From a virus (Duplodnaviria; Caudoviricetes), in the IMG/VR virus record IMGVR_UViG_3300048819_000060, positions 1 through 46,338 of that record: 46,338 bases of DNA. The stretch is one strand, 5' to 3'. Within the stretch, counting starts at the first letter, position 1; every line of letters begins with the position of its first letter. A program made the position numbers and the translations under genes. Of the stretch, positions 20,901 to 28,357 are shown in pieces. The notes below the pieces were generated by a model. The model ran no database searches, was not told the origin of the DNA, and saw nothing but the letters and a program-made list of their open reading frames with translations.

Positions 20901-23900
20901 CTTTTCCCATTCGTCGGCAATCTCGTTGATCTGCCGCACCAGTTCCGGGTCGTTGTCGGTGACTGGCGTGAATACCGGCGGCCTTTGGACGACGGCGAAC
21001 ATGTCGTCATCGCTCCACACCGCACTGCGGGGAGTGTCAGCCGCCAGTTGGTCAGCTTCTTCCCTGGTCTCGATACCCTTTGCGATCAGCGTTCCGTATT
21101 TCCCCAGGCTGTCGCCGGGCTTGGCGTTCGCCCACACGTCTGCCGCGGTTTCCTCGACCGCCGCCGGCTTCACCTCCTGGTCGAGCAATTCAAGCGCCCG
21201 CCCCGCTATCGCCTGCTGGTTGCGACGGCCTTCCTCCGGGCTTTCAACCATCTCGGCCAGGCGGCGCCGAACGTCCGCATCCGTCGCGCCGTCCTCGCGC
21301 AGAGCGCGGAGCAAGCCACGGGCGCGCAGCGTGTAGGATGCGGCGGATACCGGCGGCGGCGCCGGGTCGTAGCCTTCCATGTCGTCGATCTCGTCGTCCA
21401 CCGCCGCCGGGGACCAGCCGAACAGATCGGCCTGCGCCGCAATCGCCGCGGCTTCGCCCCGGAACCGCCGGGCGCTGTCGACCAGGAACGTGTCGCCCCG
21501 GTAATTGACCTTGATCGCGGGTTCCTCGGCGTCCGCAGTTGCAATGCGGGCCTCAACGTATGTCGCGATGGATGTCGTCTGCGGCGGCGTCAGCTTATGC
21601 CTGATCGAGACGTCAGTCGGGTCGGAGGCCCGCCTTCCGCGTGGTGTGTTCAGCTCGTCATCCTTCGCCAGACCGACCTCGGCGGCATGGGTCGCATCGA
21701 CGAAATCCTTTACCCGGCGGGCTGGATCGCCGGACGGTGGCGCGTCACCATCCAGCATGCGGACGATCTCGTCGTGCGTCTCGTTGTCCCAGCCGTCGAT
21801 CATGCGGCCATCCGGCAGGACGAATTTGGCGTCTGCCGCCTCTCCCCCCGGGACAACGCGCAAATTCGCCCGCTCCAGGTCTTCAGGCGTGATCGTCCGG
21901 GTTGGGGGGGCTGGCGAGGGCTCGGGCGGTACGGTGCCGGGCGGCTGGATCGTGGTCGTCTTGCCGCTGCGGATGTTGGTGACGACGAGGCCGGGGTGCG
22001 TTTTCGGCTGCTCGTCGAACGGCCGCCGCTTCGCCGCCATCTTGGCCGCCGCTTCCTGCGCCTGCTCCAGCGTCCACGGATCCTGCCCGTCGGGTGCGCC
22101 ATCGACCCGCCGCTTGCCGGCATCCGTGCTCGCGAGCCCTGGTGTGTATTCAACGGCATAGCGGTTGGGCACGAATGGCAGCGGGACAATGCGCCAGGTG
22201 CCGTCGTGCTGGGCCGATCCGGTGTGCCTGATCGCGTTCCTGAAAGCGGTCTCGTTTATGCCGCGATCAGGGGCCTTCGGTTTGGACTCTGCCGACGCCT
22301 GGTCCGTCTCGGCGGGCGCCGGCACACGCTCGAAATCCACGCCGTAGAAGTGAGGTCCGCCGTTGACCGAGATCATCTCCCCGCGCGACGACGATTGAAC
22401 GTGGCTGATGGTGCCCGCGTTCTTGACGACGTCGAGACCACTGCCGGCCTTCGGCCTTACTTTCGTTCCGATGTCGGCAGAGGTGAACGGCTTCTCGCCC
22501 GGATCGGCAAGCGTCGGAACATCGGCGTGTGTCGCCTTCCGCTTGTCCGGTTTGGACTCTGCCGGCGGGGCCGCCTCGGGTTCGGGTGGCTTCGGCTCGA
22601 CCACCTGATAGTCGGGGTCTTTGTCCTCTGGCGCGGCGACGCTCGAGCCTCGCGGCCCGACGCGGACCTTCTCGGTGGAGCGAATGCCGTCGGCGACATA
22701 GGATCGCACGCCGTTTTCGTCCTCGTAGACCGGATGGCCGTCGCGGTTCTTGCCGATCTCGGTCCAACGGCCTGGCGCTCCGCCCGTTTGGGTCGGTTTA
22801 ATCGGCGACTTTTCCGGCGTGACTTTCGCTTTGGCTTCTGTCTGCCGGGTCTCAACCGTCGTGTCGGAGACACGCTTCCCGCGTGGCAGGAACTTCGGCG
22901 GCCGCGCCTCCGGGTCACGCGGCACGCGACCTTTCTGGGGGTGCTCGTCGGTCGGCTCCATGTGCGGCACGCCGTCGTCGTTGACCGCGCGCACGCCGTT
23001 CGGGTTCTCGTAGATGGCCTGGCCGTCGCCGTTCTTCTTACCGGTGTCGGTCCACGGGCCATGTTCGGCGTTGGTGATGTCGGGCACGGGTGTCGGTTCC
23101 AGTGCCGATCCCTCGGGCGCCGCTTCCGCCGCCGGTTCGGCCGCAGCCTTCGGTTTCTTCGGGTTCGAGCGGATGAACCAGTAGTCGCCCAGCTTGAAAG
23201 CGGAAGGGTCGCGCTTCCGCGCGCTGTCGGCGTCGAGGTCTTTGTGCAGCGTGCCGGTGAGCATACGGCCCTTCTTGGTGGTGTAGGTAACCTCTTCCTT
23301 TTCGTCGTGGTCGGGCGGCGGCGGAACAAATATGCCGCCTGGGTTGACGTTGGTCGGTGCCGGTTTGGCGGTTTCGCCCGCGGGCTTGCTCGCCTCGGCT
23401 TCCGGCGCGGCCTTCGTTTCAGGCTTTTCCGTGGTCGTCAGCGGCTGCTCGGGCGTTGGTGTGTCGGTCGCGGCGGCCGGCTTTTCGGTTGTGGCGGTGC
23501 TGGTCGTTTCGGTCGGTTCGTCGGCCTTGGTCGCGAGCGTCGTGGCGTCCTGACTTTTTGGCGTATCTGCGTCTTGAGCTTTTAACTTATCCGCGTCCTC
23601 ACTTGTTGGCTTATCGGCGTCCTGGCTTGCAGAGGTGCCCGACGTGGTGCGCGGCGTCTCCGCCGGCGGCGTCCGCGCCGCGACCACCTGTTCAGGTCGG
23701 ACGAACACACGCTCGCCGCTGCCATCCGATCCGAGGTCGACAACATGACGGCCGTCGGCGCGCGTGCCGACCAGCTTGCCGGTGGTGTGCTCGCCCTCCG
23801 CGTTGGCGAAGGTGACGATGTGGCCGGGCTTGGCGTCCGCCTTGGGAACCGGGGTATTCGGCTTCTCGGGTTCGGGCTCTGGCTTGGCCTCCGGCGGCGG

Positions 23901-24710
23901 TTCGTGCTCGACCGCCTGCAACCGGTCGGTGACGGGGTCGCGCTCATACAGCTTGTTCTTGCCGTCGGGTTGCGTCACCCAAACCCTGCCGTCGTCGCGC
24001 ACGCCGAACACCGTGCCTGGGGTTTCGCCGCCCATCGCCGGATTGATGACCGTGACCTTGTCGCCGCGTTTGAGCGATACTGGGTTGGGCGCGGAGGCGG
24101 TGCCCGTCCCTGCCCCTGCCGGCTTCGCTTGCGGGGCAGCGGTCGCCGCTTCCGGCGCGGGCAAGGCCAACGGTTTGTCGCCTTTGCGCGGATCGCCGGG
24201 CGCACCGGGCGGTGCGCCCGGCGAAGGTCTGCCGCCGGGCGCTCCGTCTGGACCAAACGGTTCCTCGGCGAAATTCATCCGCGGCGCAGACGGGATGCCG
24301 CCTGGCGCCGGCCGGGCGCCCAACCATGTCGCGGCGTTGATGTCGCCGCGCACCGTCGGATCGTCGACCGGCCGCTCGCCTAGCGCCTCCTGGCCGCCAG
24401 CCTGAAGGCCCCGGATCGGTGACGCGATCATCCCCGGCGTGAACAGTTCGGGCGCCTGGAAGTCGCCGAACGGCGTGTGGTAGGTGCCCGTGACGACATT
24501 CCCCTTGTCGTCGGCCATAAATGGCAGCACGGAACCGCGATAGAACCCGGGCGGCGTCTGGAACGGCAGTGCCGCGTCGGCCGGACTTATGGTTTGCGGT
24601 GTGGCAGATCCGATCGGCGTGCCGATGCTGTCCCAATCGAACGCCTTTTTGTCCTTAGCCTCGCCCTCGACCGGCGCACCAATGCTGTCCCAATTGAAAC
24701 CGTCGGGCAT
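11940..24710 (-). CDS. Giant DarB-like polyvalent virion protein: N6-adenine methyltransferase + SNF2-like helicase + accessory domains (4256 aa)
   Basis: MTase motif I FEPGMGIGHF (~19600) and motif IV IGNPPF (~19415). Helicase motifs AHAIGAGKT (~17290), FVDEAH (~16820), SGT and QRNGRMLRQGN (~15760). C-terminal GVKPEEMEW..HWNEPNVMAHVRF..QEVQSDW domain and JAB-like HHNHP...SPED (~12600). Lies among the ejection genes. Confidence 0.88.
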   Translation of the reverse strand: MPDGFNWDSIGAPVEGEAKDKKAFDWDSIGTPIGSATPQTISPADAALPFQTPPGFYRGSVLPFMADDKGNVVTGTYHTPFGDFQAPELFTPGMIASPIRGLQAGGQEALGERPVDDPTVRGDINAATWLGARPAPGGIPSAPRMNFAEEPFGPDGAPGGRPSPGAPPGAPGDPRKGDKPLALPAPEAATAAPQAKPAGAGTGTASAPNPVSLKRGDKVTVINPAMGGETPGTVFGVRDDGRVWVTQPDGKNKLYERDPVTDRLQAVEHEPPPEAKPEPEPEKPNTPVPKADAKPGHIVTFANAEGEHTTGKLVGTRADGRHVVDLGSDGSGERVFVRPEQVVAARTPPAETPRTTSGTSASQDADKPTSEDADKLKAQDADTPKSQDATTLATKADEPTETTSTATTEKPAAATDTPTPEQPLTTTEKPETKAAPEAEASKPAGETAKPAPTNVNPGGIFVPPPPDHDEKEEVTYTTKKGRMLTGTLHKDLDADSARKRDPSAFKLGDYWFIRSNPKKPKAAAEPAAEAAPEGSALEPTPVPDITNAEHGPWTDTGKKNGDGQAIYENPNGVRAVNDDGVPHMEPTDEHPQKGRVPRDPEARPPKFLPRGKRVSDTTVETRQTEAKAKVTPEKSPIKPTQTGGAPGRWTEIGKNRDGHPVYEDENGVRSYVADGIRSTEKVRVGPRGSSVAAPEDKDPDYQVVEPKPPEPEAAPPAESKPDKRKATHADVPTLADPGEKPFTSADIGTKVRPKAGSGLDVVKNAGTISHVQSSSRGEMISVNGGPHFYGVDFERVPAPAETDQASAESKPKAPDRGINETAFRNAIRHTGSAQHDGTWRIVPLPFVPNRYAVEYTPGLASTDAGKRRVDGAPDGQDPWTLEQAQEAAAKMAAKRRPFDEQPKTHPGLVVTNIRSGKTTTIQPPGTVPPEPSPAPPTRTITPEDLERANLRVVPGGEAADAKFVLPDGRMIDGWDNETHDEIVRMLDGDAPPSGDPARRVKDFVDATHAAEVGLAKDDELNTPRGRRASDPTDVSIRHKLTPPQTTSIATYVEARIATADAEEPAIKVNYRGDTFLVDSARRFRGEAAAIAAQADLFGWSPAAVDDEIDDMEGYDPAPPPVSAASYTLRARGLLRALREDGATDADVRRRLAEMVESPEEGRRNQQAIAGRALELLDQEVKPAAVEETAADVWANAKPGDSLGKYGTLIAKGIETREEADQLAADTPRSAVWSDDDMFAVVQRPPVFTPVTDNDPELVRQINEIADEWEKLGNPGMAKAVRASVNLKLTPERVEFNRQKLADAKAAADPANAPELPHETFSLDEFMPTKGRDAPRQWQQFKDIASPDARALTDQVQQAVQTQVDRLNAMGLRLYERGFGVPSRRGSDLKDRLMGLLGSFSRFVNGHIAVQKGYKNADPARYAIDRQHVLNQLAEINDPGSTQTADQTGPTLQLTGGAPSVDGQETSDGVQTTVRPGDAGEGAQDVHGNAPGGDAGPAPSGQEPGGAPNADGNAGTRPQGSVRRPDNAGETGSGGDSQGDPDRVPGGGGEAGEPPAATGRPRDQRGRVAGPNVKGQNFVIEPGDVAEDRGRVTKARDNIAAIELVNRLKEEARPATTAEQAVLVKYVGWGGIKNIFRDSTGQFGKGMETLGYRLQDLLTPDEYRAAEASTQNAHYTAEHIVRSMWQAVEDMGFSGGSVFEPGMGIGHFLGMMPPDLAERSTYRGLEMDHLTADIAKLLYPQSAIVRADFAKRVLPEKAFDLVIGNPPFADVVINSDPKYAANRFMLHDYFFAKSIDAVRPGGLLAFVTSAGTMNKINPKAQKYLAERAEFQGGVRLPSSAFRQNAMTDVTTDILFFKRRMAGQIEIADDAPLPDWTGTVRRALPNAEGTTTEGEVSRYFSDHPEMVLGEEGFFDKLYKDRYAVHERPDSDLASDLRAALERLPRGVMEDEPTPDVRAALDFDAPEKKDGSFYRAEDGTLMQYSRGAGRPVAARGAGVKGGFTAADRDRVLKLIPVRDALRAVFAADLARDEAAGAAARKDLNRHYDNFVKFFGPINKAEFSYKRPSIVQQETARAEAREEFRYLGDYFNEGDFDPSAMFAAKATMTEIAEARQKARVAALESGRGFKEGEFDPADMADVVIERRPNVKPFMTDPESYRLRSIEDYNDATGAAAKKPIFTRSILKFEEEPQINSPQDGALWSMNKLGRLDIGAIAEKMGIAPEQVVAGLGDAIYRVPGTRETYQTKGEYLSGDVVTKLDVARAAAETDREMARNVSALEAAQPAPLPPSQVTMMLGMPWIPANVVLDFARDHLQIGQPRIIYSPELGAWNVEEPKGGGNRFPGYHQWSTPDKDAYDLLGHALNRTKPKIMMGPREERVVDTVATQAASDKIEAMKEAFFGLESRLGWVMDDPARANALADIYNAKMNRTVPRVHDGAYLTTPGVAAGWSWRPHQTRVVSRIILEGSTYMAHAIGAGKTSAMIGAGMEMKRLGLVRKPMYVVPNHMLGQFTKEFYEQYPTARIAVASEEQFHTGRRKQFMANVAQDDLDAVIITHSSFKKIPISDEFQAALIEEEIQTLLAAIKKTKDRFTVGRLQNQIAKLREKLSKATGGDKDETLTFEEMGIDFLFVDEAHGFRKLSFASAQSSVKGIDPAGSAQAWDLYTKVRYLDQQKPGRAAVFASGTPVTNTMGELYSLSRFLQPKAMAERGVAHFDAWAQTFGAMKTELEETPAGTYAPQTRFQRFMNMPELYQMVSGIMDIVTSKELEQYVVRPKLKGGKREQHMAPRTDILDRYQAQLGARMEAIKARRGKPSPGDDIILSVINDGRHAAIDPRFVEQSQSDPRSKLNMMVDNVVRIYRETGDVQFYSPGSNYTAPSFRGPATQMIFANLGVNGRGPAGFSSYKWMKEAFRRAGIPANEVAFIGDYKSTLAKQTLFNDMNEGKVRILIGSVPKMGTGVNAQRRLIALHNQDPLWYPADDDQRNGRMLRQGNHNPEVSIHDYTTFGTYDSQMWKMMASKAGFIEQFFRGDPNLRDMEDIGEASQYAQASAMSTTDPRIITLTQMKEDVAKARRRQSAHEQEQWTLRSRMEGHLAEAARLEKLAGLISEDITKRQDTRGKNFTITLDGETITDRDEADEVMPMLAIERADSMAVGGTSTIGRFGGFPVQVNLYGKNGEHVIQLGLSGGRVSWLSRPGVVASAEYKLRSFESDRAEAIQKGAEATRDAQAIAPNIGKAFDGGPEIARLANEIRQLEATLKAEAAAVEAAKNGRAPPPPIESAVAASGFTPTPGLEWTTDEGERDVRGLPAGGLAESSPVPLYSAVQRAADGLKQAKGTGEQMLSMIARTPGVKPEEMEWMGLPDWLKGQKSVTREQIQDYVRANSLDVREVTLGDFQGAVNAAEMALSEAWQARNVARGAIDNILNRYYRYAVEMNGDRLYIEDVTAGLEDGVLKPLDLPDRYGAGLPDAAAAYKRAADHAKTAEAQLDSAKAEAKAAKPTKFGSWLKPFQTTDKYREMLLTLPPKTGAWEVFDPHDGFAVASFDTEAEAKAYAAQRGQRFDYGLRDAADNPATFKSGHWNEPNVMAHVRFDERTAPDGARVLMVQEVQSDWGQAGRKQGYKSPDAANEVRRIQELIDQNREELDRREPGIDFGYEGDVQRAYGRHPDLAVREGALYSELARAKEARDNGVPPMPFKTSWPMLIMRRMIKFAVDNGFDRVAWSPGSVHADRYSLARQVDAVMATRLLDGSGNYRVEAFKNNDRLFDKTVPEKELPDTIGKELAEKIAAQSDGLKKYTGLDLKLGGEGMKGFYDDILPKETNKIIGKFGARVGKGDVRTAAPFYDIVSADGRENYATIATRERAEAALPSVAASLGVPVDTLRVQQGHGEQTAPVHQFDITEPMRDAVQTQGMALFERKRGITQNKAAKSGMSRGERAVGATPTTTPRPASAPQVSRWVGGGGPGFRDLLHLAPEAGHAAAAWVVERGLATGAEHIAVVDNRTGAIVHAGTNGLVGNLWLDFVSTPTERDAYTIHHNHPRSTAISPEDIRILANPGIRAVVAHGHDGNFTRVWPGAGLALRTRTPANIRKNSKTLTEAYAEADARTQKLLQWLVDEDKISPDEGHHFWYDVTNRFLQADGIIDYLSSQPLPAPIRMALHRELRKLGHVDARYTVSVRPEERNAGLPGGVREDQGPRSTRSGSGGDGEGAGISGKAGPKGSGGETGGGGLREEAGSVDEGSNALARLMPPPRTPPSTNALARMS
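12023..12232 (-). CDS. Small protein overprinted on the C-terminal tail of the giant gene (alternate frame)
   Basis: AAGGA RBS before the ATG; amphipathic helical sequence MLDTPSPFAPRSEMLAFLEECEKI; the host frame here is a disordered G/S/R-rich tail. Confidence 0.45.
   Translation of the reverse strand: MWMLDTPSPFAPRSEMLAFLEECEKIKDHDPHGQVQAAMEKVRGYLAKPDPREAVAKRAAAVSAKKPAA
20009..20311 (-). CDS. TnpV-like small protein overprinted inside the giant gene (alternate frame, 100 aa)
   Basis: AGGAG 7 nt upstream of ATG 20311. YVQAMREKAPRMFMEMRRAGTLDQHLQD...ARREAEETVRATLIEFP resembles TnpV-family helical proteins. The host frame is a G/P/D-rich linker. Confidence 0.55.
   Translation of the reverse strand: MEFKLPYVQAMREKAPRMFMEMRRAGTLDQHLQDKSLEAHRMLTEMLARAPKDQYGDPTMQARREAEETVRATLIEFPAEEAKRESRQQPPDALGTSEGA
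23535..23630. repeat. 8-bp periodic repeat array inside the giant gene, copy 4
   Basis: gagcgtcg tggcgtcc tgactttt tggcgtat ctgcgtct tgagcttt taacttat ccgcgtcc tcacttgt tggcttat cggcgtcc tggcttgc (12 units); locally AT-richer; encodes SQDADKPTSEDADKLKAQDADTPKSQDA. Confidence 0.65.
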
Positions 24711-24720
24711 GGGCGACCTT

Positions 24721-26673
24721 TCAGGCGAGGGGGCCAGAGGCGGGGGGTGCCGACACCATCGGGCGCTGGCGGATCTTGCCGTCGGGCGCGAGGAAGAACG
24801 TGCCGGGCGGCAACTTCATCGCCGCGGCTGGATCGGTAACGGCAATCGGGTCGTCTTTCGTCTTGCCCGAGCCGGACGGTGCAGCGGCTGACTTCCCGGC
24901 GGGCGTTCCGGTGGCCGGAGCCCCGCCGCCTTTGTTCCGCAACATCTCCTCGGCCGCGCGCTTGGCCGCGCCTGGGCCGAATTGGGCGTCGAATTGCTCC
25001 GCCAGGTCCGGGTCGGCCTTCAGTCTCTTGAGATCGTCAGGCGTGGGCGTCGGATAGGAATTGCCGCCACTGCTTTCACCACCACCGGATTTGGCCTCGG
25101 CAGGTTTCGCCGCGTCGGGGTCTGGCTTGCCGGAAATCCGCCGCTTGATCGCCTCGATCTGCTCCTGATACGAGTTCGTTCGATTCGCGATGCCGTTCTT
25201 CAAGGCTTCGATGATCTTCGGCACCTGTTCCGACGTCGCGCCGTCCGGCACCATCTTCAGCGCCAAGGCCCGCGCCGCGTCGGTCGAACCCTGCGCGCCG
25301 GTCGCGCCGCTCATGATCTTCGCGTACTCTTCGAGCGAGCTGATCAGATACGCCTGGTAGACCGGGACATCGACGTCGCCGAACTGGGTTTCGCCGCTGC
25401 GGACCCAGCGCGTCAGAAGCTGGCTGTTCAACGGCTCTGCCGACTTCGGTATCGCTTTGACCGCAAGGTCCATCTCCCGCGTCGCGGTCCTGGCGTAACT
25501 CTCGGCGGCATCGGCCTGTCCTGTCAGTTTGACCAAGGATGAACGAGCCGCCTTCACCTCCGCTGCCCGTTCAAGGCTGGCCCCCTTCTCCGGGAACAGT
25601 TCCGCCTCGCGCTTCATGATCGCCTCACGATCGGCCTGACCGCCGAACCCACCCGGCAGTTCGAGGGTTTCGTGGAACCGCTGGGCCGCCCGATCGAGCG
25701 CCTCGCCTTCCAATCCCGGCTGTGCGATGGATGCTTCCCTGTACAGCTTCTCCGCCTGAAGCGCACGTTCCGCAGGCGTTTTATACTTCCACACCGGGTC
25801 GACGGCTAATTGTCCCTCGATAGTCGCCCGGATTGCGTTGGGCGAGCCTTGAACGAGCTTGCGTTCACCCGCCGCCTTGTTGCGGGCATCCAGCCGGATC
25901 TGCGACTTCTCCGCCTCGGAGAGCGGCGATCCTTTGGCCTTCTCCGCCTCGGCAATGGTGTTCTGGGCGATGGCCTCGACATCGCGTTCCGCCGCGGCGG
26001 CCGGCGAAACCTTGCCCGCCTCGATATCATGATAACGTTTTGTCTCCGCCAGTTGCGCATCCTCGCGGGCCTCCGCCCGCTTGCGCTCGTCGATCGTCGA
26101 TTGCGTCTTCACCATCTCGCGGATCCGGTCGGAGCCGTCGAAATACCGCTTGAACCCGACAGGCTCGAACTCAGTCGGCAACCGTCGGGCTTCTTCCTCC
26201 GACAGCCCCCCGCCCTGCGCCCAGTCCGCGTTGACCGCCTGCACCTCACGGGTCGCTTCTTCGCGGGCCTGTTGTTCGGGAATGAGCCCGGCCTTGACTT
26301 TGTCCTGGTAGGTTTTGTCAATAACGCCGTATGCGTTATAGATCATGTCGTTCTTTTTCTGGAACGCCTCGGTCTTGTAGACGCTCATCTGAAGCTGTTT
26401 CTGCTGCGCCACCAGCATGTTGTCGCGCAGTTGCATCCCGGTCATGGGATCGACCGCGTTCACCTTCTTCAGCGCGTCGGCGGTCGGATTGCCCTGGTCA
26501 TCGATCGCGCCGGGTTGCGACAGAATGCTCCTTAGCGCGTTCTGCGACTGGATTTTCTGCTGGTTGGCCTGGAACTGCGCCAGCGCGTTGGCGCCCTGCG
26601 CGGCGTTACCCAGGTCAAAGCCGGGAAACTGCGTCGGCCTGAAGCTGAGCGCGATCGATGGGTCGATTGGCAT
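24721..26673 (-). CDS. DNA ejection/internal virion protein (P22 gp20 position)
   Basis: MPIDPSIALSFRP N-terminus, Q/A/E-rich helical body, C-terminal FDAQFGPGAA and LPPGTFFLAPDG motifs typical of podovirus injection proteins. Confidence 0.72.
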   Translation of the reverse strand: MPIDPSIALSFRPTQFPGFDLGNAAQGANALAQFQANQQKIQSQNALRSILSQPGAIDDQGNPTADALKKVNAVDPMTGMQLRDNMLVAQQKQLQMSVYKTEAFQKKNDMIYNAYGVIDKTYQDKVKAGLIPEQQAREEATREVQAVNADWAQGGGLSEEEARRLPTEFEPVGFKRYFDGSDRIREMVKTQSTIDERKRAEAREDAQLAETKRYHDIEAGKVSPAAAAERDVEAIAQNTIAEAEKAKGSPLSEAEKSQIRLDARNKAAGERKLVQGSPNAIRATIEGQLAVDPVWKYKTPAERALQAEKLYREASIAQPGLEGEALDRAAQRFHETLELPGGFGGQADREAIMKREAELFPEKGASLERAAEVKAARSSLVKLTGQADAAESYARTATREMDLAVKAIPKSAEPLNSQLLTRWVRSGETQFGDVDVPVYQAYLISSLEEYAKIMSGATGAQGSTDAARALALKMVPDGATSEQVPKIIEALKNGIANRTNSYQEQIEAIKRRISGKPDPDAAKPAEAKSGGGESSGGNSYPTPTPDDLKRLKADPDLAEQFDAQFGPGAAKRAAEEMLRNKGGGAPATGTPAGKSAAAPSGSGKTKDDPIAVTDPAAAMKLPPGTFFLAPDGKIRQRPMVSAPPASGPLA

Positions 26674-26679
26674 CGGCCG

Positions 26680-27528
26680 CTAACCGTAGGCCGACATGAT
26701 CGTGTTGCCGGAGATCGCGTTATTCGCCCCATATGGCGAAATCCCGTAGCCACCGCTTGAGGCGCCTCCGCCGCCGGATTGGAGCGCGGTCAAAATCGCC
26801 TGGAGGTTGTTGTTCTGGTTCGTCGCCAGCCCATACTGCATCGCGTTGGACCCGATGCCCTGGAGCGCGCCGCCCAGCGCGTTAGCGCTGCCGATGGTGC
26901 CGCTCGCCTGGGCGTTGCCGGCGCCGATCTGGTTGCCGCCGATTTCGCTGCCGAGACCCATTGCCGCGCTGGCGACCCCGCCCGCGGCGCCCTGCCCTCT
27001 CCCCACCAGATTGCTCAACTGGTCGGTCAGGTTGCCGTAAGCGCCGCCGAGGTTCGACAGGTATTGCTGCCAGCCCTGGTTGGCGGTGCCTTGTCCATAG
27101 CTCTGCAACTGCTTCAGCGCGTTGCCGCCGATCCCCTTGGCAGCATTCGAGTTGGTGATCGCATCCTCGCCCTGCTGCATCTGGAACTGGTAGCCGGGCG
27201 AGGATTGAAACTTCGACGGATCGATCCCGCCGCCGGTGGCCTGGCCGTTGGCGCCAATGCCCAGCATTTGCAGCATCGGGTTGGTCGCGCCTGATCCACC
27301 CGGACCGATGCCGAGGATCTTTTGCAGCGCCGCCAGCGCGTTCGTGCCGCCCTGCATATACGGCTGGAGGTCCGACTGCGCGGTGTTGAACATCGACAGT
27401 TCGGTGTTCGAGGCGAGCTGCGCGGCGTTTTCCTGCGCCTTCGCGCCGGACGATGCCGCGTTGCTGCCAATAATGCCGGAAGCGAGGCTACCGGCTGCGC
27501 CGATACCGGCGGCGACCATAAAGGGCAT
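26680..27528 (-). CDS. DNA transfer/pilot protein (P22 gp7-like)
   Basis: Gly/Ala-rich N-terminus, LQPYMQGGTNAL, FQSSPGYQFQMQQGEDAI, GGNALKQLQSYGQG and GAGNAQASG are characteristic of gp7-like proteins. Confidence 0.85.
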   Translation of the reverse strand: MPFMVAAGIGAAGSLASGIIGSNAASSGAKAQENAAQLASNTELSMFNTAQSDLQPYMQGGTNALAALQKILGIGPGGSGATNPMLQMLGIGANGQATGGGIDPSKFQSSPGYQFQMQQGEDAITNSNAAKGIGGNALKQLQSYGQGTANQGWQQYLSNLGGAYGNLTDQLSNLVGRGQGAAGGVASAAMGLGSEIGGNQIGAGNAQASGTIGSANALGGALQGIGSNAMQYGLATNQNNNLQAILTALQSGGGGASSGGYGISPYGANNAISGNTIMSAYG

Positions 27529-27541
27529 CGGACCTGCCAAT

Positions 27542-27584
27542 CGTGAGAGGAAACGTTGCCCGGAAAGCCCCGCGCCGGTGCGGT
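27542..27584 (-). promoter_or_regulatory. Conserved late-gene leader motif, copy B
   Basis: Minus strand accgcaccggcgcggggctttccgggca...tcacg upstream of the gp7-like gene; the first 15 nt are identical to copy A. Confidence 0.6.
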
Positions 27585-27624
27585 TACCTCAGCGAAACTA
27601 CATCAAGACCGCTGGCACGTCATC

Positions 27625-27963
27625 TCAGGAAAAAAGCACGCCATCCAGGGAATGCGCGGTCACCACCCCGCCGGTCGAGGCAAGCGCCTGAATGAAGCCG
27701 CCGTTCAGGATTACCGGGATATCCATATCGAGGTTGCCGTTCGCCAGAACCGTCTGCGTCTGACAGAACGTGTTGCCGGCCCCGGCTGTGTCGCCCGAGA
27801 CCACGCCATAGGCCGTGACCGTCACAGCACTGGCCGAGGTGTTGGTGAAGCGTATGCGCCCGCGGGCGAGGATCGCCGTGTCCGATCCCGAAACGGTATA
27901 GAGCGTCGCCGCCGACGTGGTCAGCGTCGTCGGCGGGAACATCTGCACGACCTGGACGGTCAT
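27625..27963 (-). CDS. Conserved small virion-associated protein (112 aa)
   Basis: Beta-rich sequence (LTTSAATLYTV...FTNTSASAVTVT...LNGGFIQALAS) of a type usually found just before gp7-like genes. Confidence 0.75.
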   Translation of the reverse strand: MTVQVVQMFPPTTLTTSAATLYTVSGSDTAILARGRIRFTNTSASAVTVTAYGVVSGDTAGAGNTFCQTQTVLANGNLDMDIPVILNGGFIQALASTGGVVTAHSLDGVLFS

Positions 27964-27976
27964 CGGCGGGTTTCTC

Positions 27977-28357
27977 CTACGGCGTCATGATGACGGCGGC
28001 CCGCGCCCGGGTGATCGCGCCAGCCGCGACCATGCCGTTCATCCAGTTGATCAGAAGTGGTGACGCAAAAATAACAAACCCCTGCGCCAGACCCAGGGTC
28101 ATGCCGAGACCGAGTTGCGGGCTGGCGTTCGCGGCCGTCTGCACCGCCAACTGTTCCGCCGGAGTGAACCTCGCATAAAACGCCGCGGCTGGTATCGTTG
28201 TCGGCACGATTGGCGTCGCGACCGGGGCGGGCACGTTGCCCGCCGCCAGCCAGGCCAAATACCCCTGCCAATCGACGTTGTGTGGATCTGCGGGGATCAG
28301 CGCGGTGTCATCAAGGCGGATGACACTGTCGCCCTTTGTGAGCTGGTAGCGGCTCAT
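27977..28357 (-). CDS. Tail fibre-associated/chaperone-like protein
   Basis: VIRLDDTALIPADPHNVDWQGYLAWLAAGNVP motif plus FYARFTPAEQ; follows the tailspike gene. Confidence 0.7.
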   Translation of the reverse strand: MSRYQLTKGDSVIRLDDTALIPADPHNVDWQGYLAWLAAGNVPAPVATPIVPTTIPAAAFYARFTPAEQLAVQTAANASPQLGLGMTLGLAQGFVIFASPLLINWMNGMVAAGAITRARAAVIMTP

